64,000 nt of DNA from contig OZ220733.1 of the NCBI GenBank assembly GCA_965116875.1, forward strand, positions 2,656,001 to 2,720,000, read 5' to 3'. The position numbers and the translations under genes were made by a program. The number at the start of each line of letters is the position of its first letter. Position 1 is the first letter of the stretch. This DNA comes from Candidatus Latescibacterota bacterium. Lineage in GTDB: Bacteria > Latescibacterota > UBA2968 > GCA-2709665. This document shows positions 30,201-41,000 of this stretch, piece after piece. A model generated the notes under the pieces. The model saw only the letters and a program-made list of their open reading frames with translations. It ran no database searches and was not told where the DNA came from.

Positions 30201-30974
30201 CCCGTCGTGCGTTCCGTCTTCACCGGCGACATCAACGGCGACGGACGCCTCGAGGTCATCGCCGCCGTGGAGTCCTGGCGCTATTACGCCTTCAGCCACG
30301 ACGGGCAGGAGCTCTGGCACCAGATGACCGTTCGCCCCTCCTCCACGGGCTGCGCCGCGGACCTGGACGGCGACGGTCGTGCCGAGGTTATCGCCGGAAC
30401 GGACTACCACCGCTGGCACTGCATTGACGGGAACGGAGATATCCGGTGGTCCTACCATCCCGCCACGGGCCCCCGCGCCAACAGCGCCGCGGCCGGCGAC
30501 GTCAACGGCGACGGGCTGAAGGAAGTTGCCTTCGCCGGCGCCGACACCCACGTCCACCTTCTCAACGCGGAGGGGGTCCTGCTCTCGCGATTCAACACCG
30601 GAGATGAAGTCACCCGTGTGCTTATGGCCGACGTGGACGGCGACGGGGTGGATGAAATCGTCGCCTCTTCCATGAGCTTCAACGTATACGTCGTCAGGGG
30701 CGACGGCAAGACATTACACTGGCGAACCGACCTCGGCGAAGTCGTCTGCTGCATCGCCGCCGCGGATTTCGACGGCGACGGGAAGCTTGAAATCGCCGCG
30801 GGCGTGGAGGATGGAACCGTGTACCTCCTGGCCAACGCGGACGGCCGTCCTCTGGGCCGTTTTCAGGCCGGCGGACCTGTTCTGGACATCGTCCCCGCGG
30901 ACGTCGACGGGGACGGCATTCCGGAAATCGTGGCCTGTTCGGAGGACGGCTTTCTTCACGCATTGAAAGCTTGA
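27288..30974 (+). CDS. Large multidomain protein: lyase/heparinase-like core plus C-terminal FG-GAP/PQQ-type beta-propeller
   Basis: VRHNHATY, GGHKHYDGNSI, FHNGVLI; about seven DxDGDG repeats (DLDRDGRDE, DINGDGRLE, DVDGDGIPE) alternating with W..-type propeller motifs. Confidence 0.75.
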   Translation: MPQRRMPLKNLSQPKPRYPDTVLVEQGRAASAIVRPSDDRYVAVAEAIRRKVRDLSGADLPILDHNAAVRTPRRNLILLGNLNNNRAVFRLYGYSYTPADDHFPGAGGHLLHTIHDPWGNGRNAVGVFGSDLSGVETAAGLLLERLESGATLAPGPMFDVRYGADARKDAGIPKEPDPDAEMAEAEEDLARGSHTGLWSRIGQRGLLYGLTGKDVYAEIYKRLVYRMYDHVLSDPDNYGSVWGFDADFALQYVMPGWDLVEESPAISTDDRLRITRILFEFISDCVSHVGDVENDRVRHNHATYAALGLHYAGAYFKKYYRATQAYRWLALSEKCFRVQVNAFKPYEDCGHYHWRTHFHAMRYTLSTGDMTFFDTGNARRAGDYAILTTDNLGCAVPNGDTASPFGTWTEMPYLRAMVCVTGDGRYQWMLDKKKAMAPRPHPYEHSRDVEPVEPTDLEGAQVYPVDPGYYDSTNGSDHLPLDRTFDKVVFRDGFAPENQYLFLDGLSNGGHKHYDGNSICRLTQNRRIWLADCDYIKSLPKFHNGVLIFKDGQSAEIPPFVELERFAANRDTGFSRTTLRSYSGVDWRRNILWNRGAFFLVIDEMEALGEAEYSFRAVWQTLGDVKLDRGGLAVEQNGERFFIHGLPGPGLRLEDDPVTGRNWDRYEHAEPIVRILQQIANVRLGEGEAYRFFNLLYCGPLRLEMSQIAENAVRIDGGPETVFAGVGQTRAATVLPSGPRVAAAQFQISPLALAIVDGTEVSWEDTVFRSDRPVSLEYDLSASRGAVAASGPAEITLSAGSGTVVEVDGRPVDAGVSGGAVTFRVPGGRHDVALIPPALAGIRRAEGGTTATVFVPRFRTPRGRGRIPSLQAVWSHREDNALLSLQAADLDRDGRDEVIAGGRTGAIHAYRDGSPLWRHPTGGAVRSVCAADLENDGRPEIIAGSEDEHVYVLNAAGDLEWDFKIPFYFQEPVVRSVFTGDINGDGRLEVIAAVESWRYYAFSHDGQELWHQMTVRPSSTGCAADLDGDGRAEVIAGTDYHRWHCIDGNGDIRWSYHPATGPRANSAAAGDVNGDGLKEVAFAGADTHVHLLNAEGVLLSRFNTGDEVTRVLMADVDGDGVDEIVASSMSFNVYVVRGDGKTLHWRTDLGEVVCCIAAADFDGDGKLEIAAGVEDGTVYLLANADGRPLGRFQAGGPVLDIVPADVDGDGIPEIVACSEDGFLHALKA

Positions 30975-31048
30975 TTTGGCCACAAAAAGCACAGAAGGTA
31001 TCGGTGTGAAACGAAGAAAGCGGAGGTTTGAGTACAGTTCCCGCCGAC

Positions 31049-31714
31049 TCATTCCTCGTTCAGGAGATCCCCAATCCTCTCCTCCAGGTGGTCCGTCCGA
31101 CCAAACGAGACGTCCCTTAAGATTCCCTTGCGGTCGACCAGGATGGTGGACGGGGTTCCGCGCAGCGCGAATTTCTCAAACGTCTCAGCCGAATATTCCT
31201 TCGACCTCAGATAGTCCTTCACTCTCTGTATGATCTCCACTCTGTCATTCTCGGGCCGAGAGTCGAAGTCGGGTATCTGTGGATAGATGAGGTCCATGAT
31301 CGCATCGCGGCCGGGTTCGCCGGACGTCCTCGTCAGTTTGTCCATACCGAGCGGGAACGGGATTTCATAGGGCAGCCGGTTTCCTTCCCGCAACTGTCCG
31401 CTCATCGCAAGCGCCTTCCTGGTTTCCCCGATCACCCGACCCGTCTCGGCAAGGAGCCTCAGGTTCTCGAGCGTATTCCTGTCAAAGTCCTCGAAGGCGG
31501 TGGCCAGTCCGATCACGCGCACCCCGGCATCCCTGTATTTATCGTACATGCGTATCGCCTCGGGAATGGCATATATGAAGCATCCGGGACAATTGACCTG
31601 GAAGACTTCCAGCACCACGACGTGATCCCGCTCCCTGTCGAAGTTGGTCGGGCCGCCCTGCACCCAGTTCGAGACGCCGAAGTTGGGCGCCATCTGTCCG
31701 ATCTCTACTGACAT
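31049..31714 (-). CDS. Thioredoxin-fold redoxin (TlpA/AhpC-like)
   Basis: FQVNCPGC CxxC and GTPSTILVDRKG cis-Pro loop. Confidence 0.85.
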   Translation of the reverse strand: MSVEIGQMAPNFGVSNWVQGGPTNFDRERDHVVVLEVFQVNCPGCFIYAIPEAIRMYDKYRDAGVRVIGLATAFEDFDRNTLENLRLLAETGRVIGETRKALAMSGQLREGNRLPYEIPFPLGMDKLTRTSGEPGRDAIMDLIYPQIPDFDSRPENDRVEIIQRVKDYLRSKEYSAETFEKFALRGTPSTILVDRKGILRDVSFGRTDHLEERIGDLLNEE

Positions 31715-31836
31715 TCTTCCGGATTCCTTTCGCCCTCGGGTGTGTGGTCGCGAAGTATATTGAATGGGACAACCGCGTGGATCTGCGTCGCTTCCGCGCT
31801 TTGTTGTTTTCGTTCTCCCGTACCGTCGATGCGTAG

Positions 31837-31861
31837 GTAGGGGCGACCCTTGTGGTCGCCC
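31837..31861 (+). repeat. GTAG-family REP palindrome
   Basis: GTAG-GGGCGACC-CTTGT-GGTCGCCC. Confidence 0.75.
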
Positions 31862-32033
31862 GCCTCATGACGTTCGCGATCGAACCGGTTAAGAACCCGC
31901 TTGCGCAGGCTGCCGCCAGGCGTGAATATTACACAATACATCGCGAGTTGAAAAACCGGATCTGTCGCGCCCATGGCGCAACCATCGCACGCTCCGATTC
32001 CCGCCGGTCATCCTCACGCCAAAGGAAATTACC

Positions 32034-33248
32034 ATGAAAATCGCCGACATTGAAATCATCCCGATCTACCCGAAAATCGCGGCACGGAATGCCGATCAGA
32101 AAACGCGCTTCATCAATCTGAACCACCGCACCATTTTCAAAATCACGACGGACAACGGTATCGTGGGGTACGGCGACGCGCGCTGCGAGGCGCCCGACAG
32201 GTCCACCGTTGAACACGTTGTCGGGCGCGATCCCTTCGACTTCATCAACGCCAATCTCAATTCGGGCCTGATGGGGGCGCTGTACGACGCCATGGGCAAG
32301 CATCTCGAAATACCGGCGTATAAACTCATGGGGCAGAGGATACGCGACCGGGTGCCCGTGGCGGCGTGGACCCGGCCCGCGTCGCCGGAAGACCTGGCCA
32401 AAGACGTCCAGCGGGCGGTCGGCGAGGGATACATGATCTTCAAGATCCATACCTGCGCCCATTACGACGTCTTTGAGCAGAACCGAGCCGTGGAGGACGT
32501 GGCGCCGCCGGGATTCAAGATGCACTACGACTTCAATCACAACCGGCCGCTGACCGCCGTTCTGCGAATCCTGAAGGAACTGGAAGACTCGCCCGTGATC
32601 GGGATGATCGAGGACCCTCTCGTTCTTTCCGACGTGGAAGGGTGGCGCCTGCTGCGGCAGAAGACCAGCTTTCCGCTCCTGATGCACGTCCCGCAACTCG
32701 GCGGGGGGCAGGAAATCATCCGGGGCTGCGCCGACGCCTACATGATCGGCGAGGGCGGAATCGGCCCCACCCTCGTACGCGGATTTGCCGCGGCCCTGGC
32801 CAATGTCTCCTCGGTCATCCAGTTGACCGGCGGTACGCTGACCAAGGCGATGGCCCTGCACATGGGCGCCGTGATTCCGAACGTCGCTCATTGCACGAAC
32901 CTGGACGACCAGTACGAGCAGGACGTTGTCAAGCAGCGGATCGAGGTAGCCGCCGGTTCGTCTCCCATACCGGAGGGTCCCGGCCTCGGCGTGGAGGTCG
33001 ATGAAGACGCCCTGGCCGTATGCGCGGCCAACGAACCCACGGTTATCCCCACCACAATCGGCATCCTGCACCTGCCGGGCGGAAACAGGCTCTACACGAA
33101 GGGTTTCCCGAACGTGCCCCGCGTCACGGGGTTTCCCGAAGGCAATATCCGGGGCATCCGCCTGGAGGTGTGGGAAGACGACGGCACCGGGGCCTTTCAG
33201 GAGACGCTGCAACGGATCGAACGGAACGGCCCGTTCATGGAAAATTAG
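32034..33248 (+). CDS. Enolase superfamily enzyme (mandelate racemase/muconate lactonizing type)
   Basis: GIVGYGD, ALYDAMGKHLEIPAYKLMG, FKIH, DFN, IEDP, PEGPGLGVEVDE. Confidence 0.9.
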   Translation: MKIADIEIIPIYPKIAARNADQKTRFINLNHRTIFKITTDNGIVGYGDARCEAPDRSTVEHVVGRDPFDFINANLNSGLMGALYDAMGKHLEIPAYKLMGQRIRDRVPVAAWTRPASPEDLAKDVQRAVGEGYMIFKIHTCAHYDVFEQNRAVEDVAPPGFKMHYDFNHNRPLTAVLRILKELEDSPVIGMIEDPLVLSDVEGWRLLRQKTSFPLLMHVPQLGGGQEIIRGCADAYMIGEGGIGPTLVRGFAAALANVSSVIQLTGGTLTKAMALHMGAVIPNVAHCTNLDDQYEQDVVKQRIEVAAGSSPIPEGPGLGVEVDEDALAVCAANEPTVIPTTIGILHLPGGNRLYTKGFPNVPRVTGFPEGNIRGIRLEVWEDDGTGAFQETLQRIERNGPFMEN

Positions 33249-33305
33249 AGTTTCGGCAATCGTCCTGTGGCGCGTTTCGCTGAATCGAATCGAACAGGAG
33301 ACGTC

Positions 33306-36019
33306 ATGCCTCTTCTCAACGTGGAAATCGCTCGCGAAAACGTGCGCCGTCATTCCTGGGCGCAGGCCATCGTCGAAGGCTGGAAGCAGGAGGTCGACTA
33401 CATCATCGGCAGAGACCGGGATTTCGTAGAGGCGATGATGCCCGATCTCACGCCGTGGCCGGAGTACGGCCAGAACTGTCCCGTATGCGTGGACCGTCTC
33501 TCGTCCATGGGCGAGACAGGGATCTACGATTGGGATCCGGCCGACCCGGACCGGCTCGTCTGCAAATACTGCGAAACGGAGTACCCCAACGCCGATTATC
33601 CGGAGACCGGCAGTGTCACCGCGCCCCTCATGAACCAGACGTTCACCTTCTATCTCACCGAGGCGGAACGCGCGCACCCGGAAGACAGATCGGGTGAACA
33701 CGCGTTCAAATGGGTCCGCACGCCGGTGCATACAAGCTGGACCGGCGTCATTCGCGCGAAGAAGGGCCGCTGGTGCTTCGAAAAGATATCTCCTCTCGCC
33801 AAACTATACGCGCTCACAGGCGACGTCCAATACGCGCAGATGAGCGCGTGGATCATGGACTGCATGGCGCGGCGGTATCCCAACTGGCTGTTCCATTCCT
33901 ACGACGGCACCGTCGCGGACTGTCCTCCGGCAGAGGCCGCGGCATCCATGGGCAGATATCCACCCGCGGGCCGATTCCCCGTAGAGACCATCATCTCCGC
34001 CTTCGACGGGCGGCACCGTGTGGGTGACCACGCCGTCCTCAACAACGGCTTCTGGGGCGCCGGTCGCTTCGGGTGCAGCGGGTCCGACGGGTGGTTCCTT
34101 CTCTCGATCGTACACGCCTACGAACTGGTCAGGAGCGCCCGGAAAGCGGACGGTTCACCCGTCATCACGCCGGAAATGGACCGGCGCATCGTGGACGACC
34201 TCATCCTGGCGGGCTGCGCAGACACCGAAAACTGGAACGACATCAACAACAAATGCGGTCCCGGCCGCGCGCTCAGCGCCGCCGTGGGTATTTTGTTCGG
34301 GAAGCCGGAAAGCGTGCGCCGCGCGGTCGAGGGGTTCGAATTGTTGATGGACGACGCCTTCCATTTCGACGGCTTCTGCACGGAGTCGCCGAGTTATTCG
34401 GCCATGCACCTCAACCAGTTGCGAGAGATTCCGGAACTGCTCGATGGGTACTCCGATCCGGACGGGTACGAACCGGAGACTGGCGCGGCCATAAAGAACC
34501 TGGATCCATTCCGGCATTTCGACCGCTACCGTCTGGCGCTGAAAGCATGGTCCGCATGCTGGACCCGAACCTGCAGGAACCGGTCATTGGAGACTCCAGG
34601 GAAGGCCGGAGCATCGAACCCGTCTACGCCGAGATTCTGGCGGCCCATTACGGCAGCCGCTACGCCGGTCTGCTGGAAGACGCTCAGGGGGCGCCGCTGG
34701 CGGAGAAAGGGGACGAATACGCCCTCTGGCATCGCGACCCCGATCTGAAGGCGGACGACGACACCGGCCTGCCGCACCGTACGGAATGGTTTCCGGGATG
34801 GCACGTTGGCGTCCTTCGAGCGGGAAATCCGCGGGGGCATACCGCTTTTTATCTGAACGGCTACGCGTACGGCGGCCATCGCCACCGGGATACCCTGGGC
34901 ATCATCTATATCGCCCATGGCCGGGAGATGGCGGCCGACAGGGGATATATCTGGGACGATCCCAGAAACGCCTGGACCGGCAGCACGCTCGCCCACAACA
35001 TCGTCACCGTGGACGGCCGGAGCCAGGCCGGCGACAACCGGCCCGCCGCGCTGGAGTTGTTCGGTACAGGCGCGGGCGTTGAAGTCGTGCAGGCATCCGC
35101 CGCGCCGTACGAGCAGTGCGATCTGTACCGGCGCACCTGTGTGCTGATCCAGGTCCCGGGCGATCAGACCTACGCTGTCGACCTGTTCCGGGTTGCCGGG
35201 GGCGGCCTTCACCAGTACGGCTTTCACAGCAACGGCCGGCTTACGGACATTTTCGGCGCCGCCCCGGAACCTGTCGACGATCGCATCGAATGGCTGTCCG
35301 ATATCCGCGCAGCCCGGCCACGGGGTCCGTTCACCGCGACCTGGGACAACAATGGCGTGGGTATTGACCTCACCCTGCTCAACCCCGTCGATCGCCTGCT
35401 GCTCGTGGATGCGCCGGGCTGGCGTTCGGACCTGGGGGAGGAACTCAACGCCCCGCCCGTGCAGCAGGTCCTGGCGGAACGTCGCGGCGATACGCACCTG
35501 AAGAGCGGGTTTGCCGCGGTCATTTCACCCTACACGGATCGATCGCCCGTCCTGTCGTCCCGACTCGTGCTGGATGATGCGGACACCGGCGCGATGGCGG
35601 TCGCCGTCTGTCGCGAGGGGTGTACGGACTACGTCTTCTCCGCGCCGGACGGCGGCATCCATGACTTCGGGCCGTTGTCCGTATCGGGCCGGTTCGCCTT
35701 TGCGTCCGTGGATGACGACGGTCGACTGCTGCGCGCATATCTGCTTTGCGGCGCCGAACTGTGCTGCAACGGCCACGCGCTGGGCATCGACAGGGCGGAG
35801 GTTGGGCTTGAAGTCGCCCGCGTCACCGACCGCACCTGCCACACGCGAAACGCAGTGCCGGACCCCGATACCCTTCCGGGCACGTATCTGCTGTGCGGCG
35901 ATACCGGGTACGAAATCGAGGACGCCACCGAAGGTTCCATCACCGTCCGGGATTACCCCGCCACAGAATGTGACAGTATCACCCTTCTCAAAGCCGTTGA
36001 GTTTGTAGCGGGGGAATGA
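33306..36019 (+). pseudogene. Heparinase II/III family protein with a single-base frameshift near 34541 (pseudogene or sequencing error)
   Basis: N-half (FDGFCTESPSYS) in ORF 33267-34748 and C-half (GHRHRDTLG, AHNIVTVDG) in ORF 34073-36019; adding one G at 34541 gives RYRLAL-ESMVRM and one frame of about 904 aa. Confidence 0.8.
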
Positions 36020-36038
36020 ATACGCGACGGCCGTTTTC

Positions 36039-36066
36039 GTAGGGGCGACCGGCCGGTCGCCCCTAC
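36039..36066. repeat. GTAG-family REP, perfect 28-bp palindrome between convergent genes
   Basis: GTAGGGGCGACCGGCCGGTCGCCCCTAC; contains the minus-strand TAG stop at 36063-36065. Confidence 0.8.
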
Positions 36067-36910
36067 AGGTCCACGAATCCCGATAATACCCGTTTCTGTC
36101 CCGCCACGTCCAGAATCCTGCGAATGACCAGGCTTTCCTTCCTGTCAATACCGGGTTTTTCGGATTCGAACAGGTCCAGCACGGCGCCGGCGGTGTTCAG
36201 AAAGATGCGGCCGGAGTCGACCTGGAAGTACCGCGTCGCTTTGGCTGTGGTTACCGAAGCCGCAAAGGGGGTACTCGAACCCGCATATACGTTCACGACC
36301 GCGGTTCGTCCTCCCGCGTAGTCCAGCAGCAATTGAGACTGTTTTCCCGCCCCGCGGCGCATCAGCCGGCGCACACCGGGCCCCATGCAGCTGACGGCCA
36401 GTTCGAGGGAATGGATCGCGTATTCTCCGAATGACCTGCCGCCGCCCCAGGTGACCATGTGCCGGACCTGCGTGCGCCCCGTCTCCTCCACGTAGTCCTG
36501 CACTTCGGTATACCGCAACGCTGAACTTGTCTGCATGGGCACCCATGTCTGTCCGCCAGTGCGAAAATGCGTCTGGCCGAACCCAGGTCCGGCGCGAAGG
36601 TCTTGTCCACGTACGTGGGCTTTCCGAAAGGAAATACCTGTTGGCACAGCTCCAGGTGCGTCTCGGGGGTGGACGGCGCAAGTACCATGAAGCAGTCCAC
36701 CGCCTCGTTCAACCCGGCCGCGTCGGGAAACCAGGGCACGCCGTTCGTCTCGGCCCACTTCCTGCCGGCTCTGGGACGCATCCCGGTGCACCCCGCCACC
36801 ACGAAACCCCTGTGCTTCAGTTCATTTCGCAGCAGTTTCAGGTAGACGTTGGCGTGGAAGTTCTCCAGATTGTCATCCACAAACCCGATCCGTTTCTCTC
36901 CATCTGTCAT
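36063..36910 (-). pseudogene. Gfo/Idh/MocA-like oxidoreductase with a single-base frameshift near 36543
   Basis: MTDGEKRIGFVD...GKPTYVDKTFA...ADRHG, continuing in another frame as VPMQTSSALRY...YAIHSLE; GGG to GGGG restores about 282 aa. Confidence 0.78.
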
Positions 36911-36926
36911 CTGTTGATCCTCTCTT

Positions 36927-37961
36927 CTACGGCCACGCGGGCGCATCCGCGACGCGCACGATGCCGCCATTTTCGATGGACCGGTGCCAGGCGTCCAGCA
37001 CGGCCGTGGCGCGCCATCCGTCCAGCGCCGTCACAAAGGGCGCCCGGTCCTCGATGACGGCGTCGACAAAGCTGTTCACGCACGAAGGAAACGCCCCCAC
37101 CCATTTGTCGAACACCCTGTAGTTCAGCAGCGACCTCGGCCACTTGAATTTCTCCTCCGTGCTCATTTCGATCGCTTCGGCCTTCCGGTCCAGATTCACG
37201 TGGCCCCTCTCGCCGATCACCTGCATGAAGGAGTCCGGCATCGACGGATGGGTATTGGGGTAGATCCATGCCGATTCGAACGTGGCGACGGACCCGCCGT
37301 CGAACTTCACGAGTCCCTGCATCATGTCGTACGTATCGATCCCCCGGGCGGACAGCACCTTCTTGATCCCGTAGCCGTGGACTTCGACGGGACTTTGATC
37401 GAACCACCAGCAGATCAGGTCGATATCGTGCGCCGACAGGAACCAGGCGGGCGAGGACTTTGCGGACCACGGCAGCATCTCCGTCGGCACGGAGATGGGG
37501 TTGTTCTTGCGCGCGTAACCCATCAGCGGTCTGCCGATTTCCCCGTCGCGAATCATATTCCACGTGGCGTTGTACGGCGCCAGCCACCGGTGGTTGTACG
37601 AGACCTGCAGCTTCAATCCGGTGCGTTTCACGGTCTCCACGATTTCGGTGGCCTCTTCCAGGTCCGTCGTCATCGGTTTCTCCACGTGCACGTGACAACC
37701 CGCCTCCAGACATGCGATAACCGGCTCCCTGTGGGCCCAGTCCGGCGTGGCGATATAGACGATGTCCAGCGCCTCCTTCTCCAGCATCTCGTGATAATCG
37801 ACATACCCCGCGGAGACCGAAAACTCGTCCTGCGCCCTGCTCAGCTTTTCCGTGTCCAGCGTACAGAAAGCCGCCAGCTCGACCAGCGGATTCCTGTGCA
37901 GGACCTGCGTCACGCTGCCGCCCATAATGCCGAGGCCGATCACACCCACGCGCTGCGTCAT
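36927..37961 (-). CDS. Gfo/Idh/MocA family oxidoreductase
   Basis: GVIGLGIMG, IATPDWAH, HVEKPM, HDID. Confidence 0.92.
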   Translation of the reverse strand: MTQRVGVIGLGIMGGSVTQVLHRNPLVELAAFCTLDTEKLSRAQDEFSVSAGYVDYHEMLEKEALDIVYIATPDWAHREPVIACLEAGCHVHVEKPMTTDLEEATEIVETVKRTGLKLQVSYNHRWLAPYNATWNMIRDGEIGRPLMGYARKNNPISVPTEMLPWSAKSSPAWFLSAHDIDLICWWFDQSPVEVHGYGIKKVLSARGIDTYDMMQGLVKFDGGSVATFESAWIYPNTHPSMPDSFMQVIGERGHVNLDRKAEAIEMSTEEKFKWPRSLLNYRVFDKWVGAFPSCVNSFVDAVIEDRAPFVTALDGWRATAVLDAWHRSIENGGIVRVADAPAWP

Positions 37962-38043
37962 CTGCTTTCCTCCTTAACACCGAATTGTGTGTCGTTTCGA
38001 ATAAACGGGTAAATGGAATGCAACTTCAGGAGGATCGTTGCCG

Positions 38044-41000
38044 TCAAAGCGTCGCGAAAACCAATGGTCGTGCGACACACGAATCCCCCGGTCCCAGATC
38101 GTAGATCACCGGCATGTCGTCCGGCGCGCCGGGCCATGGAATCCCATCCCGCAGGACGAACCTGTGCCCGCCCTCCTCGCGGGGTATCACCCGGTCGATT
38201 GTGTGGAGCCGCTCCCTATATGCCAGCCTGGCGCCCTTGAGGTAATGGCATCCGGAATCTTCCGTATCCTCCCATTCCCGGTGAATCCAGGTCCGGGTCA
38301 GCAGGCCGTCCTCCGTCTCCGCTTCCACCACGAACCTTCCGATGTGCAGTCGTTCCGCGTCCAGCGAACACAGCCATCCGTCGCCCGACGCTTCGACTGA
38401 TCTGATGGGGAAGTTGCATTCGTGGGGCGGGTTCGACGCCATCAGGGTCTCCCCAGCCGGGGGGGCTCCGCCAGTGTCCGAAGTCACCGTCACCCGGCAG
38501 TTGTCCGCGTCGACTCCCGTAATCCGACCGCGCCACGTACCGGTTCCCTCCACCTCCACGTTTTCCCATGCCAAGCGCCGTCCCGCCAGGCAGGCCCATA
38601 GAGGACGGTCGTTCGCATCCAGGTTCAATACCCCGAATCCGCCGTCCAGTTCAAGGCCGTCTTCGAAAACCGATCTCCCTTCGTCCGACAGCGCGCTCAG
38701 CAGATAACATGTCCCACCGTGCCAGGAGATCTCCAGTCCGATCGCGTCCTCGCCTTCGGCCACGTCCAGGCGTCTGACGCCCGTCAACCCCGGGTGTTGC
38801 CGATAGGCTTCGCATACAACGGCGAACAGGCTGTTCAGGTCGTCCTGCCGGCGGCCCGCGCGATTTCGCAAGAGGACGTAGTCCAGGTGCTCGGCCGCGC
38901 CCGGCTTGCTGGGCGGCTTCCCGTGGGCCGTGATGACTTCCTGAGCGACGCCCTCCGGGACGATCATGCGCAGTCCCATTTCTTCGTCAAGCCAATCCGC
39001 CCGGAACTCGCCCGCCGGCTGCCCCCGCTTCACGTCATACAGATAGGAGAAGCCGCTGCCCCGGTACGAGTGATAACTGCGCTTTCCGTCCGTCCCCGGC
39101 TGCCCCGGCAGGCTGGCGTGCCGTTCCAGTTCGGGGTCGTCGTACAGCTTCCGGAACGGAACGGCCGGTCCCGCCAGCGTGCCGCCTTCCTGCGCCTGAG
39201 ACGCCGCGCCAGACGTTGAAAACGCCCCGTTGAACCCGTGGAACGAATAGTCGTGCGCCCAGCCGCCCCGGACGTGGAAGAGGTCCACGAGTACCTGCAG
39301 GTCCGGCGCCAGCTCCAATAGCGTAATCCCCCGGCGATACACGTCGGCCTCCAGGTAGGCCCGTGGCGCGGACAGTTCCACGTGCTGTACGTGAGGGACC
39401 GCTCCGAACCGTTCCAAACGGCCCTCGTCGGCCGTGTCCTGCCGGCTCTCGTTCACCACCACCGTGACGTGGCTGACGGTATTCTTCTCCCATACCGGCG
39501 GGTCCGGATGTTCGGCGGCGTGGGTGGGATAGCCCGTATCGGGCACCACCCGCTTGTTGCCCGCGATGACCTCCAGGTTCAGCCGGTCCCGATGCGCGTG
39601 GCCGGCGTTGGCGTGCCCGTACTGGAGCACCGCCGCCAACTGGTTTTCCGCCCGTCCGCTGCGCAGGATCACGAATCCCACCCCGCCGAGGTTGTCGCTC
39701 GTTTCCGGCCACCGCGGCAGGTCGCCCGCCGCGCGCTCCAGTTCGGCTTTTGTCAGCGGTACTTCGAACAGGTCGTCGTAACTTCTGAAGCCGCGTTCAC
39801 CGGTTACGCCTTCGTTCAAGAGCGCGCGCGCGTATTCCGGCCACCCGTACCCCCTGAAAAACCGCTGCAGCGACGAAACGTCCAGCATGGGGTAGGTGAC
39901 CCCGGCGCCCGTATCCGCGATCGATGGCATCATGCCGCCCCAGCACGCCAGCCGCCGGGACCAGTTGCCCAGCGAACGCACGTGTTCCCCGGGCAGCCGG
40001 CGCTTGCCCAGCCGCTTCAGCACCAGGTCCGTATCCAGCATATAGCGCGTCCAGCAGCCGGCCGAATAACCGATGGCCACCTCGAACGAGACACCGTCCC
40101 GGAAGAGGAAATTGTCCAGCGCGTGGTTCCATCCCTCCACCCCGTACGCCCAGACCGCCGTCGTTGGACCGCATCCCGTGAACGTCTCCAGTTTCCCGAT
40201 CGCCCAATCCGTAAATGCGTCATCGTCGATCACCACCAGCGCCTTCACCGCGGAGGCCTGGTGCAGCCCGTAGTTCCCCCGGATCTTTCCCTCCCAGATA
40301 TCCCGCACCGACTGACGAACCAGGTTGTCTTCCACGTGCTTGATCAATGTTGCGGGTTCTTTGTTCAGGAACCCGTGCACGTCACTTTCGGACTGCAATG
40401 CCGGAAACAGATTGTCGTACGCTTCGGCGTAGAGCCCGATATTGAACGACTCCTGAACGGCGTAGAGGAAGCGTCCCGTATATCCGACCTGATAATTCAG
40501 GCCGTACCAGGACTGCGCCGCGTGGTCCATGGCGGGAAAGAGCGCGGCCATCCTGTCCAGCAGGATCGCACCCTTGCGGCCGTACCGCGCATCGCCGGTG
40601 ATCAGATAAGCGCGTCCGAGGTCCTGCAGCGCAGGAATCAGCCGGTGCCAGAGGCTGTAGCAGTAATGCGCCACGAACCAGAACCGGGACCGCCCGTCCC
40701 CCGGGTCCCATCCCGTCCCGTCGTCCGGATAGTCGCCGGTAACCAGGGCCCGGTCTCCCGTGCGGTAATACGCCATGAAGTCGTTCGAGGGGTACTCCTC
40801 GCCGCCCACGGCGCACCTGATCTTCCAGGGACGGTTGAAGATATCCACCTGCCAGGGACCGCCGGGCGCCTGAAAAACCGCCTCGCCGTGGACCGGACAC
40901 CCGTCGAAAGACGGCAGAAACCCGCGGAATATGTCCGCCGAGGGCGGCAGGTCGCGAACGTACGCGTCGTCCAGTTTCGCCCAGACCTCCGCCCGGTCCA

